Shown piece after piece: positions 30,201 through 38,772 of a DNA stretch of 64,000 nucleotides. Position numbers and translations under genes: made by a program. How positions within the stretch are numbered: position 1 is the stretch's first letter; each line of letters begins with the position of its first letter. The notes below the pieces were generated by a model. It had not been told where the DNA came from. It saw only the letters and a program-made list of their open reading frames with translations, and searched no databases. The DNA is from Candidatus Dojkabacteria bacterium (lineage in GTDB: Bacteria; Patescibacteriota; Dojkabacteria; SC72): assembly GCA_035271645.1 (NCBI GenBank), contig DATERJ010000012.1:93551-157550 (forward strand). The letters run 5' to 3'.

Positions 30201-31193
30201 ACATTAGGTGCATTAATTATGATGATTCTAGGTGTAATTGCCCTACTCTTTAAACCATTCAAGAAGCTAAACTATGCTCTTCTTACTGGTCTAATGGCAG
30301 TATCATTTGTAACCCTACTTACTCCTAACAGAGTATTAGCAGAAGACAGTGATATTAAGGTAAGAATTATGCAACCAGCAACTCCAACAAACAAGAGTAG
30401 CTTTAATGTCGGATTTGTAGCATTAGACCTTAAGAACAATCCAATTACAGTAGAATGTTACAAAGATGCAGTCCTGTTTGAAACACTTCCAAATGTAAAT
30501 ACAGGTAATTGTCCAGCAAAAGTAGATGCAAGTGGTACATATACTTTCTATGTCATTGCAAAATCTACTTCAGGTGAGCAAAAATCAGCAGATGTAACAG
30601 TAGTGGTAGATTTAGAAAAACCATCACCCGTAATTGATTACTCAAAAGCAGGTAATGTATTAAAGTTCAAAACAGCAAATGATGGTAAAACAAAGAAGGT
30701 TGAAATCCATAGGTCTACAACACCAAAATATACTGCAAATGAAAGTACAAGAATTCATACCATGGATGTATTACCAAATACAGAATACTCATGGACAGAT
30801 ACAACAGCAGAAACAGGAAAAACATACTACTATGCTCTTAGAACAGTAGATGCAGTTGGAAACGTATCTACAATAGTATCAGACCCTGAGGTTAAGATTG
30901 TACCACCTACTACAACAGGTACAGGAACAACAGCTACTGTTACTACTCCAACAGAAGGTGAAGTAGCTGGTCAAACAGATACCAAGAAAGAAGGAGAAGT
31001 AGCAGGTGAAGCAGATGACCTTGTAGAGGGAGAAGAAAAAGATGTAGAGAAGAAAGAAGAAACAAAAGAGGATACAAAGGCTGATTTGAAAGAAACAGGA
31101 AAGAAGATTTTAAACAAATGGTACATCTGGGTTGTAGCAATCCTAGTACTTGGAGGAGTAGCATTCTATGTCAAAAAACAAAAGAGTAATTAA
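24258..31193 (+). CDS. Giant cell-surface adhesin/pilus-tip-like protein with an internal sortase signal and a membrane-anchored C-terminal module
   Basis: Signal peptide, then a vWA domain (MIDAS DTSGS at ~aa 240). About 10 Ig-like isopeptide (CnaB/SpaA) repeats carry E-box motifs (YTITETGLSGYE, YSVIETSLSGH, YTLSETNIPGF…), with SdrD-B-like Ca-binding inserts (DENGDEKYDEGE, DKNGNGKWD). LPDTG lies at aa 1972 (nt 30171-30185), followed by TM plus KPFKK. A further ~335 aa carries a signal-like segment, an FN3-like domain, a Thr-rich linker, an acidic tract and a TM plus KKQKSN. Confidence 0.8.
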   Translation: MKFNKKSFWKSLYKISTVLFLVGYNFAPVALAAEEISNLEPDSNQSVSVTTEDTSEDILDEGISNPEGIAKGENVKGEEAQKSVSLQDTVSKKENDSQTKIELKASPMGNSDFINITSVTVDNQSHTTVVRPGTVRVRVDATKNIPWGSTYYKLSNNKYACVVKSDTEGTTHEFDLDIGMDVGLGEYDLSITAYERSDCSTGWFWNPSYKSDTKVLAKAVKVQDAPNPLLGQTCGLDISLVLDTSGSIGSTKLQQMKEAFYLLIDSLKGTPTRFSLVEFNTKAYVRQDFTDDFDLVKTKIAQFQSSGRTNWYDALLKSESTFDPRLDKADLIVFASDGNPNEPSNALNKAIEQANLIKGDDIRILGIAIGMNVNLNNMKAITGPNLNTGDFRTSDVISADFDTLADQLGKFASDTCGGSISINKYIGSLGTKGGAGWEFTVTPSDPLLKLVTDENGQVNSGELSVGTYSVIETSLSGHNFVSASCKKGSGILVGQPTKNGVKNIPVNADDIITCDFINDLSCKAGQHTLEGQIKGNGYTTGQLCAGSGACWAEGDNVPARLTITGLEVGTSYSAIVSHDFENAYGKVGYVNFNNVHSGNNTATNITLSEPTIEGTGPTTKKYTITFTPTNSTVQLDWNALLSDEAGEWSGGSLHYRLEDGVCGGLGKREIPINPNQIQIKGSIKPIKSSENNINPTQWSFNISGLVNVNNVASGEKATGLPLGDKNADATYTITETGLSGYELVSVSEPCVLDDDGKVTVTLTKANPDVECTFVNKLMVGNIIVKKVTEPSGSTEVFTFTTTGTGYNGFTLTDATSNTQTLVPGTYTVSESLTELQKDSWYLKSSTCDSSIVGKSQSPSNLNLASGETVTCTFTNTQYGSISGHKWNDADGSDLTTDDRTGVKNWRIFIDENGDEKYDEGEKVLLTDENGFYKFEDLKPGTYVIVEDMNSLDGWYGLKEGISHTVYVGPGKDVEDVDFVNVKYGSITVLKNVDGNGDGDLDDEVDVKGSDQWNWTINSADAGKTGSTQSNLKTGEYIINEKDGPVGYSLVSVECTGSEGMKTDADGTTTVNLKSGENVTCTYTNARDTGTLIVEKIVVDADGGILQAKDFSFKVDMINEDESTTEYISPTYFTPNTENPLSGKNTITLVPTGTYSITEVEANQRGYTTTYSDNCTNNVNIQKGDTVTCTITNTPSAPTLKIVKDVINDNGGNATISTFGITLTDTPLTFGDGTPVNETTTRYEATPTVVANKTYTLSELDKTKTGYEQKKLECLDTDTNTRVDNKGVFRLNLGQNIECKIVNDDIVPVLILDKEVNNKDLPWYLRKSASAWTLTATGPTTLSGKGRSNYANDVPSGKKFKAGTYTLSETNIPGFKSVNGWVCNGVALGEDNKITLGVGDRVTCKIVNESVYGKIIVKKLVEPKTDPTLFTFTGDVAGIIGHNGEISKYVIPGEYSVTEKSKDGWNLRDLTCTDPTNNSSQDSTNKYKANINVGDNETVRCTFTNEKLGIISGFKYEDKNGNGKWDVLPLFSELPLRGWRIFIDLNNDGVLNVGEPSTTTDVFGSYTFTNLPVGGTYVVREVQQDGWTQTTADPAPITIAAGDVRLLVNFGNFKDATINVTKDVVGIDGKANVADTHEFTALLNDETVGKIIAEGTTATYKVANGAHTITEAEDEDYTSLGCFIGDEEFTNYSVKSGQTYNVVCKNAQLPATLIVRKNVVNSEGKDEGVFSDDQFDIVLGEETQQIADTANGKQPAIFEGLQPGVHTFTETPKEGYIFEGCTDDGEVTLGSNQTLEVVCTNKVIDPILKIEKSNDAVSSLLAGDMVTYTITVTAPIDDIEEGTYVLNNVVVSDIAPAGFKYILGSWTVEKNSVDITDEVPEPTYNDTNVAQWMIGDMKEGDVVVLTYRTRISLLQDPGNYPDIAWVAGTSLIDGAVLGASTVDPLTPFVGTDVTVIEPDIVEEGEVLGASITLPDTGASTYLTLGALIMMILGVIALLFKPFKKLNYALLTGLMAVSFVTLLTPNRVLAEDSDIKVRIMQPATPTNKSSFNVGFVALDLKNNPITVECYKDAVLFETLPNVNTGNCPAKVDASGTYTFYVIAKSTSGEQKSADVTVVVDLEKPSPVIDYSKAGNVLKFKTANDGKTKKVEIHRSTTPKYTANESTRIHTMDVLPNTEYSWTDTTAETGKTYYYALRTVDAVGNVSTIVSDPEVKIVPPTTTGTGTTATVTTPTEGEVAGQTDTKKEGEVAGEADDLVEGEEKDVEKKEETKEDTKADLKETGKKILNKWYIWVVAILVLGGVAFYVKKQKSN

Positions 31194-31830
31194 CAAAAAG
31201 GTTCTAGTAGGAGTAATATTACTCCTACTAGGCCTCACTGCCCTTCTCTTGACATACTGGCCAGTAATTAGGGCTAAGATATCTCAATGTAGGTTCTCAG
31301 AACCATCTACAACCAATGTAGTTATATCCGAAAATCAAGATATTACCAAAGAGATTACCCCAGATACAGAAGAAGTAATCCTAGATCCAAAGTTCGGTTT
31401 GTATATTCCTAAGATTAAATCTAATGCATCAGTTGTAGCTGATGTAAATGCATATGACAAGGGGGAGTATATCAAGGCATTAGAGACGGGTATTGCTCAT
31501 GCAAAAGGTACAGTAACACCTAACAAAGAAGGTAATGTATTTCTTTTTGCACACTCTGCTGTTAATTTCTATGAAAGAAACAAATATGATGTATACTTCT
31601 ACCTTCTTCATGAATTGAAAAAAGATGATGAAATATTTGTAAGTTATGATGGCATTATCTACAAATACAGAGTTCAAGAGGTAAAAATTGTAAACAGAGA
31701 TGAAGTTAAATACTTAAGTAAATACTCTGATGAAGATACCCTAACCTTAATGACCTGCTATCCTGCAGGTACAGACTGGAAGAGAACCATAGTGATTGCA
31801 CACAGAGACAATACGACTCCTTTTCTTTAG
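31168..31830 (+). CDS. Sortase (transpeptidase), membrane-anchored
   Basis: N-terminal TM helix, catalytic TLMTCYP (TLxTC), upstream His (LFAHSAV) and Arg (VIAHRD). It overlaps the adhesin 3' end by 26 nt. Confidence 0.8.
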   Translation: MSKNKRVINKKVLVGVILLLLGLTALLLTYWPVIRAKISQCRFSEPSTTNVVISENQDITKEITPDTEEVILDPKFGLYIPKIKSNASVVADVNAYDKGEYIKALETGIAHAKGTVTPNKEGNVFLFAHSAVNFYERNKYDVYFYLLHELKKDDEIFVSYDGIIYKYRVQEVKIVNRDEVKYLSKYSDEDTLTLMTCYPAGTDWKRTIVIAHRDNTTPFL

Positions 31831-31905
31831 AGTTACCACCTTGTTCGTTTTTTCCACATAGTAGTGTATACTGAAATTGGTTAATTAAATTATTAGTTAA
31901 TACAT

Positions 31906-32289
31906 ATGACAAAAAGATATCAAGTATACAAATGTAATATCTGTGGAAATATTGTAGAAGTATTACATGAAGGAGGTGGTACGCTAGTATGTTGTGCTCA
32001 AGATATGGTCCTTTTTGAAGAGAAAAAAGAAGATGAAGGTAATGAAAAACATCTACCTGTTGTAAAGATAGAAGGTAACAAAGTAGTTGTAGAGGTTGGT
32101 TCAGTCCCCCACCCTATGGAAGAAGTACACTACATTGAATGGATTGAGGTAATCAATGGTGATGAAAGCAAGAAAGTGTTTCTTAAACCAGGTCAAGAAC
32201 CTAAAGCAGAGTTCCTTTTTGAAAATATTGGTAAATTAAGAGTCAGAGAATACTGCAATCTTCACGGTTTGTGGGAAGTAGAGGTTTAA
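31906..32289 (+). CDS. dfx: Desulfoferrodoxin-type superoxide reductase
   Basis: N-terminal desulforedoxin CNICGN…CC motif and a C-terminal neelaredoxin domain (HPMEEVHYIEWIE). Confidence 0.8.
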   Translation: MTKRYQVYKCNICGNIVEVLHEGGGTLVCCAQDMVLFEEKKEDEGNEKHLPVVKIEGNKVVVEVGSVPHPMEEVHYIEWIEVINGDESKKVFLKPGQEPKAEFLFENIGKLRVREYCNLHGLWEVEV

Positions 32290-32293
32290 TTTT

Positions 32294-32719
32294 CTACTGA
32301 TTTGAAACTACAAAGGAAACAGTAGCTTCAGAACTCGCAGAAAATGTTCCTCTTTCTGTAAACTCCTCTATCACCTGTATACAGTTTGTATCTGGCTCAG
32401 GTGATAGTACAGAGAGATTAACAGTTACTTGTTCAGGAAGGCTTTCGTTAATGAACACCTCATGTTTTATTTCATGACAAGGACTTGGTTTGGTTCCAGT
32501 AATTGTATACTCCCAGGTGTTCTTTTCTTTGTATTTTGCATCAAACTGATATCCATCCTGTTCTATACTAACACTCTTCTGCTCTATTTTAACGATATTA
32601 TTATCTACAGCATCATCAGCCTTGTTTTTATCTAAAACAAAAACCTTAACCAATATTCCTCCAATGATTGTTAGAATTATGATTAACATACCTACTCCAA
32701 ATACATTGTTTCTGTTCAT
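32294..32719 (-). CDS. Hypothetical secreted protein
   Basis: Signal anchor plus a small domain containing two Cys. Confidence 0.35.
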   Translation of the reverse strand: MNRNNVFGVGMLIIILTIIGGILVKVFVLDKNKADDAVDNNIVKIEQKSVSIEQDGYQFDAKYKEKNTWEYTITGTKPSPCHEIKHEVFINESLPEQVTVNLSVLSPEPDTNCIQVIEEFTERGTFSASSEATVSFVVSNQ

Positions 32720-33351
32720 TTCTTTCCTTTCTTATTATTTGAAATATGACTCTTCCTTTTCTCAACAGTAAATATTGCTAATACTGCGAGACTACCTAGC
32801 ATCATTACAATGCCAGCACTGACTATTACAAAATCAAAATACACTTTGTTTAAACTTGCCAAACTTCCAATCAATATACTAAGCCCTGCTGTAAAGAGGC
32901 TGATAATTGTTTCGTAAAATCCATATTGTAGCCCCTCTATACCACTATCTACATTCATAGCAAAAAGCTTTCTCCAGTTTGTAACACTTAGTGCAACTCC
33001 AAAACCAAATACAAATTGTAGAAGATAGTAGTGCCAAGGTTCTGTTATATGAGGATAGAAGGTATATGGAAGACCCATTAGTATCGTACCTGCTGCAAGA
33101 AGAAGTATCTCATCTTTATCACTCTCAATCTTATCAGTAAGATAGCCCATTGGAATTTGTAATATGGCTCTTGTGAAGAAGTATATTGATGTCCCTATTC
33201 CAACAAATTTTACTGCATCAACACCTAGCTTGTCAGAAAGGTAGATACCAGAGAGCGCGGAAATGATGAGAAAAGGTCCCCATGAAAGCATATCTGAGAG
33301 AGTTAAGAGCATGACTACTTTGTTCGGTCTTTTTCTTTCATGTTTCTCCAT
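32716..33351 (-). CDS. Hypothetical 6-TM membrane protein (half-MFS-like)
   Basis: 211 aa, about 6 predicted TM helices and no diagnostic motif. Confidence 0.35.
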   Translation of the reverse strand: MEKHERKRPNKVVMLLTLSDMLSWGPFLIISALSGIYLSDKLGVDAVKFVGIGTSIYFFTRAILQIPMGYLTDKIESDKDEILLLAAGTILMGLPYTFYPHITEPWHYYLLQFVFGFGVALSVTNWRKLFAMNVDSGIEGLQYGFYETIISLFTAGLSILIGSLASLNKVYFDFVIVSAGIVMMLGSLAVLAIFTVEKRKSHISNNKKGKK

Positions 33352-33403
33352 ATATATAGATTACAATGTTGGAAAATATTTATCAATATGTTAAATTGGA
33401 ATC

Positions 33404-35026
33404 ATGAATCTGTCCACTTCTGAAAGTATATCTCTTTATCTATCTGCATTGGCAGGTATTGTTCTTTTCCTCTTCTCAATTCAATCACTTGGACATGAAG
33501 TACAAGCATTAGCCACTGAGAAGTTTCGAAAGAACTTAGTCAAGTGGGTCAAGAACAGGTTTAGTGGTGCGTTAGCAGGGGCTCTATCTACGGCACTTGT
33601 TCATTCTAGCACCGCTATTACAACAATTACTGTTGCTTTGGTGAACTCTGGTGTTATCTCTTTTCATAGTAGCTTAGGAGTTATCTTAGGAAGTGGAGTT
33701 GGTACAACTATTACAGCACAGATTGCACTATTAAGTGACACCCCTATTGCCCCTATTTTAGTAATATTAGGTTTTCTGATGCAATTTCTAGGAAAGAAAG
33801 TTAAGAAGTACAGTAATACGGTTCTATATATCGGCCTTATCCTTCTCTCTTTAGGTTTAGTTTCATCTTCGGTTACTACATTAAGCCAAAATCAGGTTTT
33901 TGACTCCCTATTTACCTCATTCTCCAGTCCTCTTCTTGCATTCCTCATCGCCTTTATATTTACTGTTTTAGTAAACTCTAGCTCCATTACTACTGGTCTT
34001 TTGGTTATTCTGGCCAGTACAGGGGCTATACCTGCAAATATGGCGATAGCGATGGTTTTAGGAGCTAATATGGGGACAAGTATTACCTCTTTAATTGTAA
34101 CTCATGATTACTCTCTCTTTGCAAAAAGAGCTGGATATGCAAACTTCTTCTTTAAAGCGATAGGGTCTTTAATATTCTTGCTTCTCATTAAACCATTTAC
34201 CCACCTTATGACAATGATAACTCCTGATATTGCAGCTCAAGTTGCCCTCTCTCACTTGATTTTTAACCTAGTTAATACCTTCATCTTCTTGCTATTCCTA
34301 ACACCTTTTGAGAAATTTATAAAAATTGTAGTTCCTGGTGATGAGAAAGAGGTTTTGCTAGAGACAAGATATATTGATGAGAGGAAAGATAAGGAGTTTA
34401 AGGAAGAGATTGAGGATATTAAGAATGAGCTAGTATATGCTGTTGATAATACAATACGAATATATGAGAAGAGTCTTGGAATATATTACAATCCTACTGA
34501 AAGGCTAAGATTGGAGATTGAGAAGTATGAGACACTTAACGACTACTTAGATGATGCCATTACAAAAGCACTTCTAGGACTTTCTAGGTACAAGCTATCT
34601 AGGAAAGTAGCTAAAGAGAGTGTTGTGTTAGTTAAGATATCCAATACGATTGAACAACTGGGTGATTTGGGGATAGATTTTGGTGATGTATTTAGAAGGA
34701 TGCACAAGTCTGCTATCTCTCCAGATGAAATACCTCTACAACGACTTACAGACCTCTATGACAAACTCATGGAGCTTTTTGAGGGTATTAAGGTACAGAT
34801 TAAGAAACAGGATATAGATGAGTTAAAGGCTATGAAGGAGTATGAGGAAGAAATCTATGCAATTACTCGAGAGGAGTATGATAGGCATGTACAGAGATTA
34901 CAGGAGAGTACTAGCTATGATGGTAATGTCTTTGTAGATGCTGTCTCTGTTATTGAACTTTCTGTCTCTAAGCTCAGAGATATTAGGAAACTGTTACTAG
35001 GATTTGCTAGAGAGTTTAGTAAATGA
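33404..35026 (+). CDS. Na+/phosphate cotransporter family protein (NptA-like) with PhoU-like C-terminal domain
   Basis: Duplicated Na_Pi_cotrans hydrophobic halves, followed by a ~200-aa charged helical domain. Confidence 0.65.
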   Translation: MNLSTSESISLYLSALAGIVLFLFSIQSLGHEVQALATEKFRKNLVKWVKNRFSGALAGALSTALVHSSTAITTITVALVNSGVISFHSSLGVILGSGVGTTITAQIALLSDTPIAPILVILGFLMQFLGKKVKKYSNTVLYIGLILLSLGLVSSSVTTLSQNQVFDSLFTSFSSPLLAFLIAFIFTVLVNSSSITTGLLVILASTGAIPANMAIAMVLGANMGTSITSLIVTHDYSLFAKRAGYANFFFKAIGSLIFLLLIKPFTHLMTMITPDIAAQVALSHLIFNLVNTFIFLLFLTPFEKFIKIVVPGDEKEVLLETRYIDERKDKEFKEEIEDIKNELVYAVDNTIRIYEKSLGIYYNPTERLRLEIEKYETLNDYLDDAITKALLGLSRYKLSRKVAKESVVLVKISNTIEQLGDLGIDFGDVFRRMHKSAISPDEIPLQRLTDLYDKLMELFEGIKVQIKKQDIDELKAMKEYEEEIYAITREEYDRHVQRLQESTSYDGNVFVDAVSVIELSVSKLRDIRKLLLGFAREFSK

Positions 35027-36071
35027 TATTTACTTCTGGAATGAGTTCAATATCATACTGTTCCTTCACATCTCTCTGCATCTCCTTAATGAAATTTAAT
35101 ATCTCCTCTCCTGTTGCATTCATATTTGTAACAACACAGAGAGCATGTCTTTCAAATGTTGCTACATTGCCAATCTTTTTTCCTTTCCAACCTAGCTCAT
35201 CTAGTAATCTTCCAGCAGGAATCTTCAAATATTCATCACTATACCCCTCTGCGGGATATGATTGAAGTTCCTCTATTATCTTAGAAAGGTCATTAAACTT
35301 CTCTACTGTTACAATTGGATTGGCAAAGAAACTACCTGCTGTTCCATATTCTTCAACACTTGGTAATCTTTTGCCTCTCTGTCTTACTATCGCTTCCATC
35401 ACATCTTGAATACTGTATGGTTCTTTAGCGAAAGAATCTAACTCTTCCTTCAATGATCCATATCTTCCGGCTCTTTCATGATAGCTAAGTTCAAATTCTT
35501 TAGTATGTTTCGTTAGTTTAAATATGGTTGATGTAATTAAATATCTATTTTGCCATATATTCTTAAAATTACTCTTTCTGTATCCATATGCACAGTCCTT
35601 AGGTTTTAATCTTTTCTCTTCAAATGTTTCAATATCCAACACCTTTATCTCTTCAATAACCTTACTTATCTCTTGTCCATATGCACCGATATTTTGTGAT
35701 ACTCCTCCACCAACAGTACCAGGTATCATTACCATATTCTCAATTCCTGCATAATCATTCTTAACACACCATCTTACAAACTCATCCCAAATCTCTCCTG
35801 CACTAGCTTGAACATATACATGTTTATCATCTTCTTTAACCACATTTATTCCCTTTAGATTAGGAATTAGTACTAATCCATCCCAATCTTTTGTGAACAA
35901 AACATTACTTCCACCACCGAGGATAATTAGTTTTTCATCTTTGAACTTTTCTAAAACCCCTTTTATCTCTTCAATTGTTTTGGGTATTGCTAGATATTTA
36001 GCTTTTACATCTACTTTAAATGTATTGTAATTTTTTAATGAGGTGTTCTCCTCAATTTTTAAGTTTTTCAT
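35016..36071 (-). CDS. murB: UDP-N-acetylenolpyruvoylglucosamine reductase MurB
   Basis: FAD-binding ILGGGSNVLF, …GTAGSFFANP… and the C-terminal MurB domain. Confidence 0.75.
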   Translation of the reverse strand: MKNLKIEENTSLKNYNTFKVDVKAKYLAIPKTIEEIKGVLEKFKDEKLIILGGGSNVLFTKDWDGLVLIPNLKGINVVKEDDKHVYVQASAGEIWDEFVRWCVKNDYAGIENMVMIPGTVGGGVSQNIGAYGQEISKVIEEIKVLDIETFEEKRLKPKDCAYGYRKSNFKNIWQNRYLITSTIFKLTKHTKEFELSYHERAGRYGSLKEELDSFAKEPYSIQDVMEAIVRQRGKRLPSVEEYGTAGSFFANPIVTVEKFNDLSKIIEELQSYPAEGYSDEYLKIPAGRLLDELGWKGKKIGNVATFERHALCVVTNMNATGEEILNFIKEMQRDVKEQYDIELIPEVNIIY

Positions 36072-36152
36072 TAGTTAATATTACAATTTTCAAAGAGATA
36101 TGTTAAGTGGTAGAATGTATAGGTAGTTTAATTAAATTTATTAAATAAATAT

Positions 36153-36554
36153 ATGAAAGGATATGTAGATGATATTGAGAAGATTACAGAAGAGAATACA
36201 AACTTTAGAAAGGTTGTATATACTGGAAATCATCTTCAGTTAGTAGTTATGTCTCTAAAACCAGGTGAGGATATTGGTGAGGAAGTTCATCCTAAGGTAG
36301 ATCAATTCTTTAGAGTTGAAGAAGGTAAAGGAAAGGTAATTATGGATGGTGAAGAGACAGAGTTTGAGGATGGTTTTGCAATTGTAGTTCCTTCTGGTGT
36401 AAGTCATAATGTGATTAATACTGGTGATGAGGATTTAAAGCTTTACACAATCTATACTCCAGCTAATCATATTGATGGTATTGTGCATGCTACTAAGGAA
36501 GATGCTATGGCAGATGAAGAGGATGAGGCATTCTCTGAGAGTGTTAATGCATAG
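36153..36554 (+). CDS. Cupin-domain protein
   Basis: 133 aa, beta-rich, with conserved His in HPKVDQFF…HNV. Confidence 0.45.
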   Translation: MKGYVDDIEKITEENTNFRKVVYTGNHLQLVVMSLKPGEDIGEEVHPKVDQFFRVEEGKGKVIMDGEETEFEDGFAIVVPSGVSHNVINTGDEDLKLYTIYTPANHIDGIVHATKEDAMADEEDEAFSESVNA

Positions 36555-36739
36555 TACTGAGAAAGGAAAGAAGTGGGTCAAATCTGAGCTTAGTCTTGGA
36601 AAAGACCCACTTGTCCTGTAAAATTTAACTTACTAGAAGCTTTGTCTTGTAGTATATTAACTAATCGTAACAAAACAGATATAGTCCTTACTGTATATAG
36701 AGAAATTGATAAGGTAACCACAATCAAGTATAATCTGTT

Positions 36740-37495
36740 ATGCTTGAAAAACTACTTATAGAGAAGAATATATCTTCCATAGGGTTTGATTTGGATAATA
36801 CGCTTCTTGACACAGATCCGTACTATATAAGGGTGAAGGATGCTGTGTTTAAGGAGTTTGTTGATACATATTTTGATGGTAATGATAAGGAAACAATAGT
36901 TGAGAAGTTGGCAGGTGCTGCAGATTTTAGATATAAACATGAGCATCGACATGGTCTTAAACCCACCCTAATCTTTGATGAATGTTACAGTACTATATCA
37001 GATACCTTTCCCAATATCTTAGATGATAGAGTAGATGCTATCTTAGAGAAACATACAAAGGATTTTTACAAAAAGTCTCCTGATTTGTATCCAGAAGCGA
37101 TAGAGTTTTTAAATATACTTACAGAGATGGATAATGTAAAGCATATTTTTGGGGCTACAGATGCACAGGAGGAGTGGTCAAGAATCAAGGTTGAGTATAT
37201 ACTTAAAAGTACTAATTTGAGTAAATTCCCCTACTTCTCAACTGATTTAAAGGTACGAAAGAATCCTACATGGTGGTTGTCTGTTTTTTCAAATCTGCAT
37301 GTTAAACCAGAGAATATTTTGATTGTTGGAGATAATTACTATACAGATGTGTATAGCTCACTTCTTGCAGGTGTAAAGCATGCCGTATGGGTTAATAGAT
37401 ATGGAAAGAGTATTGATGAGTTTGGTGAATATCCCCTACCCGAGCATGCAGAGGTAATGGTTGTACGTAGTATTGATGAAATATTGAAATTATGA
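36740..37495 (+). CDS. HAD-superfamily hydrolase
   Basis: Motif I GFDLDNTLLDT (DxDxT). Confidence 0.6.
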   Translation: MLEKLLIEKNISSIGFDLDNTLLDTDPYYIRVKDAVFKEFVDTYFDGNDKETIVEKLAGAADFRYKHEHRHGLKPTLIFDECYSTISDTFPNILDDRVDAILEKHTKDFYKKSPDLYPEAIEFLNILTEMDNVKHIFGATDAQEEWSRIKVEYILKSTNLSKFPYFSTDLKVRKNPTWWLSVFSNLHVKPENILIVGDNYYTDVYSSLLAGVKHAVWVNRYGKSIDEFGEYPLPEHAEVMVVRSIDEILKL

Positions 37496-37596
37496 AATAA
37501 TAATATGCAACACTACCATTAATCCGCAGCATATATCTATTGGTTGTTGCAAAGCAACCTCTTTTGGTTGCTAAAAATAACTTTAGAAATATATAA

Positions 37597-38772
37597 ATGA
37601 GAAATGTCGGAACTGTGGTCAGAGGAATTAGAACTCCAATAATTAAGAATGGTGATAATCTTGTAGATGTGGTTGTTGATTCATTAATTAGAGCTTCAGA
37701 GAGTGAAGGTTTTGAGTTTAACGATAGGGATGTTGTTGGGATTACGGAGGCAGTTGTATCTATATGTGATTCTAATTATGTAACTGTGGATGATGTTGCA
37801 AAAGAGATTGGAAAGAAATTTGGTAACAAAGAGATTGGGCTTGTCTTTCCAATACTGAGTAGAAATAGGTTCTCAATGATACTTGAGGCTGTTCTGAAGG
37901 CTTGTAAGAAGGTGTATATTCTGTTCAGTTTCCCATCTGATGAGGTTGGTAACCATATTGTTGATCCAAAAATGATGGAGGATGTGAGCTTAGATGATTC
38001 TTTTGATGAGAGATGTTTTAGGGATATTTTTGGATATGACTTTAGGCATGAGTTTACAGGTATGGACTACATTGAATACTACAAAAGTTTAGGAAAGGAA
38101 GGACAAGTTATTCCTCATTTCTCAAATGATCCAAGGGAAATATTAAATCTAACAAAGAATGTTTTAGTTTGTAATATTCATGCTAGAGAAAAAACAAAAA
38201 GGTTGGTCAAGGAAGCTGGTGGTGAGATTGTATATGGTTTAGAAGATATTTGTAATGAGGTTGTAGAGGGAAGGGGTTACAATGTAGATTATGGTCTTCT
38301 AGGTGCTAATAAGGTTGGTGATGGAAGCATGAAGTTGTTTCCAAGGGCTAAAGAAGGAAGAGATTTAGTGGTGAAGATACAGGATGAATTATTAGAGAAA
38401 ACAGGTAAGAAAGTAGAGGTTATGATATATGGTGATGGTGCTTTTAAAGATCCTGTTGGACAGATTTGGGAATTAGCAGATCCTGTTGTTTCTCCTGCAT
38501 ATACTGATGGGCTTGTTGGTAGACCTAAGGAGATAAAATTGAAAGTAATATCTGAAAATTGGGATGGTAATGGTGATATTGAGGAGTATGTTAAAAATGC
38601 AATTAATGAGAAGAAAAAGAGTGAGTACAATGGGGAGAATTCTTTAGGAACTACTCCTAGACAGTTAACAGACCTTTTAGGAAGCCTTATGGATCTAACA
38701 AGTGGTAGTGGTGATAAGGGAACGCCTGTGGTATTAGTACAGGGGTATTTCGATGATTATACTGTAAAGTAG
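37597..38772 (+). CDS. CofE-like (F420-0:gamma-glutamyl ligase family) protein with C-terminal extension
   Basis: PIIKNGDNLVDVVV…DVVGITEAVVS resembles the CofE N-terminal signature; 391 aa. Confidence 0.35.
   Translation: MRNVGTVVRGIRTPIIKNGDNLVDVVVDSLIRASESEGFEFNDRDVVGITEAVVSICDSNYVTVDDVAKEIGKKFGNKEIGLVFPILSRNRFSMILEAVLKACKKVYILFSFPSDEVGNHIVDPKMMEDVSLDDSFDERCFRDIFGYDFRHEFTGMDYIEYYKSLGKEGQVIPHFSNDPREILNLTKNVLVCNIHAREKTKRLVKEAGGEIVYGLEDICNEVVEGRGYNVDYGLLGANKVGDGSMKLFPRAKEGRDLVVKIQDELLEKTGKKVEVMIYGDGAFKDPVGQIWELADPVVSPAYTDGLVGRPKEIKLKVISENWDGNGDIEEYVKNAINEKKKSEYNGENSLGTTPRQLTDLLGSLMDLTSGSGDKGTPVVLVQGYFDDYTVK

Noticed and set aside
25037-30262. Multiple 60-160-aa ORFs on the minus strand inside the giant adhesin gene
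   Set aside because: They are antisense to a continuous 6.9-kb ORF with clear domain structure, as expected from codon bias in a low-GC genome.
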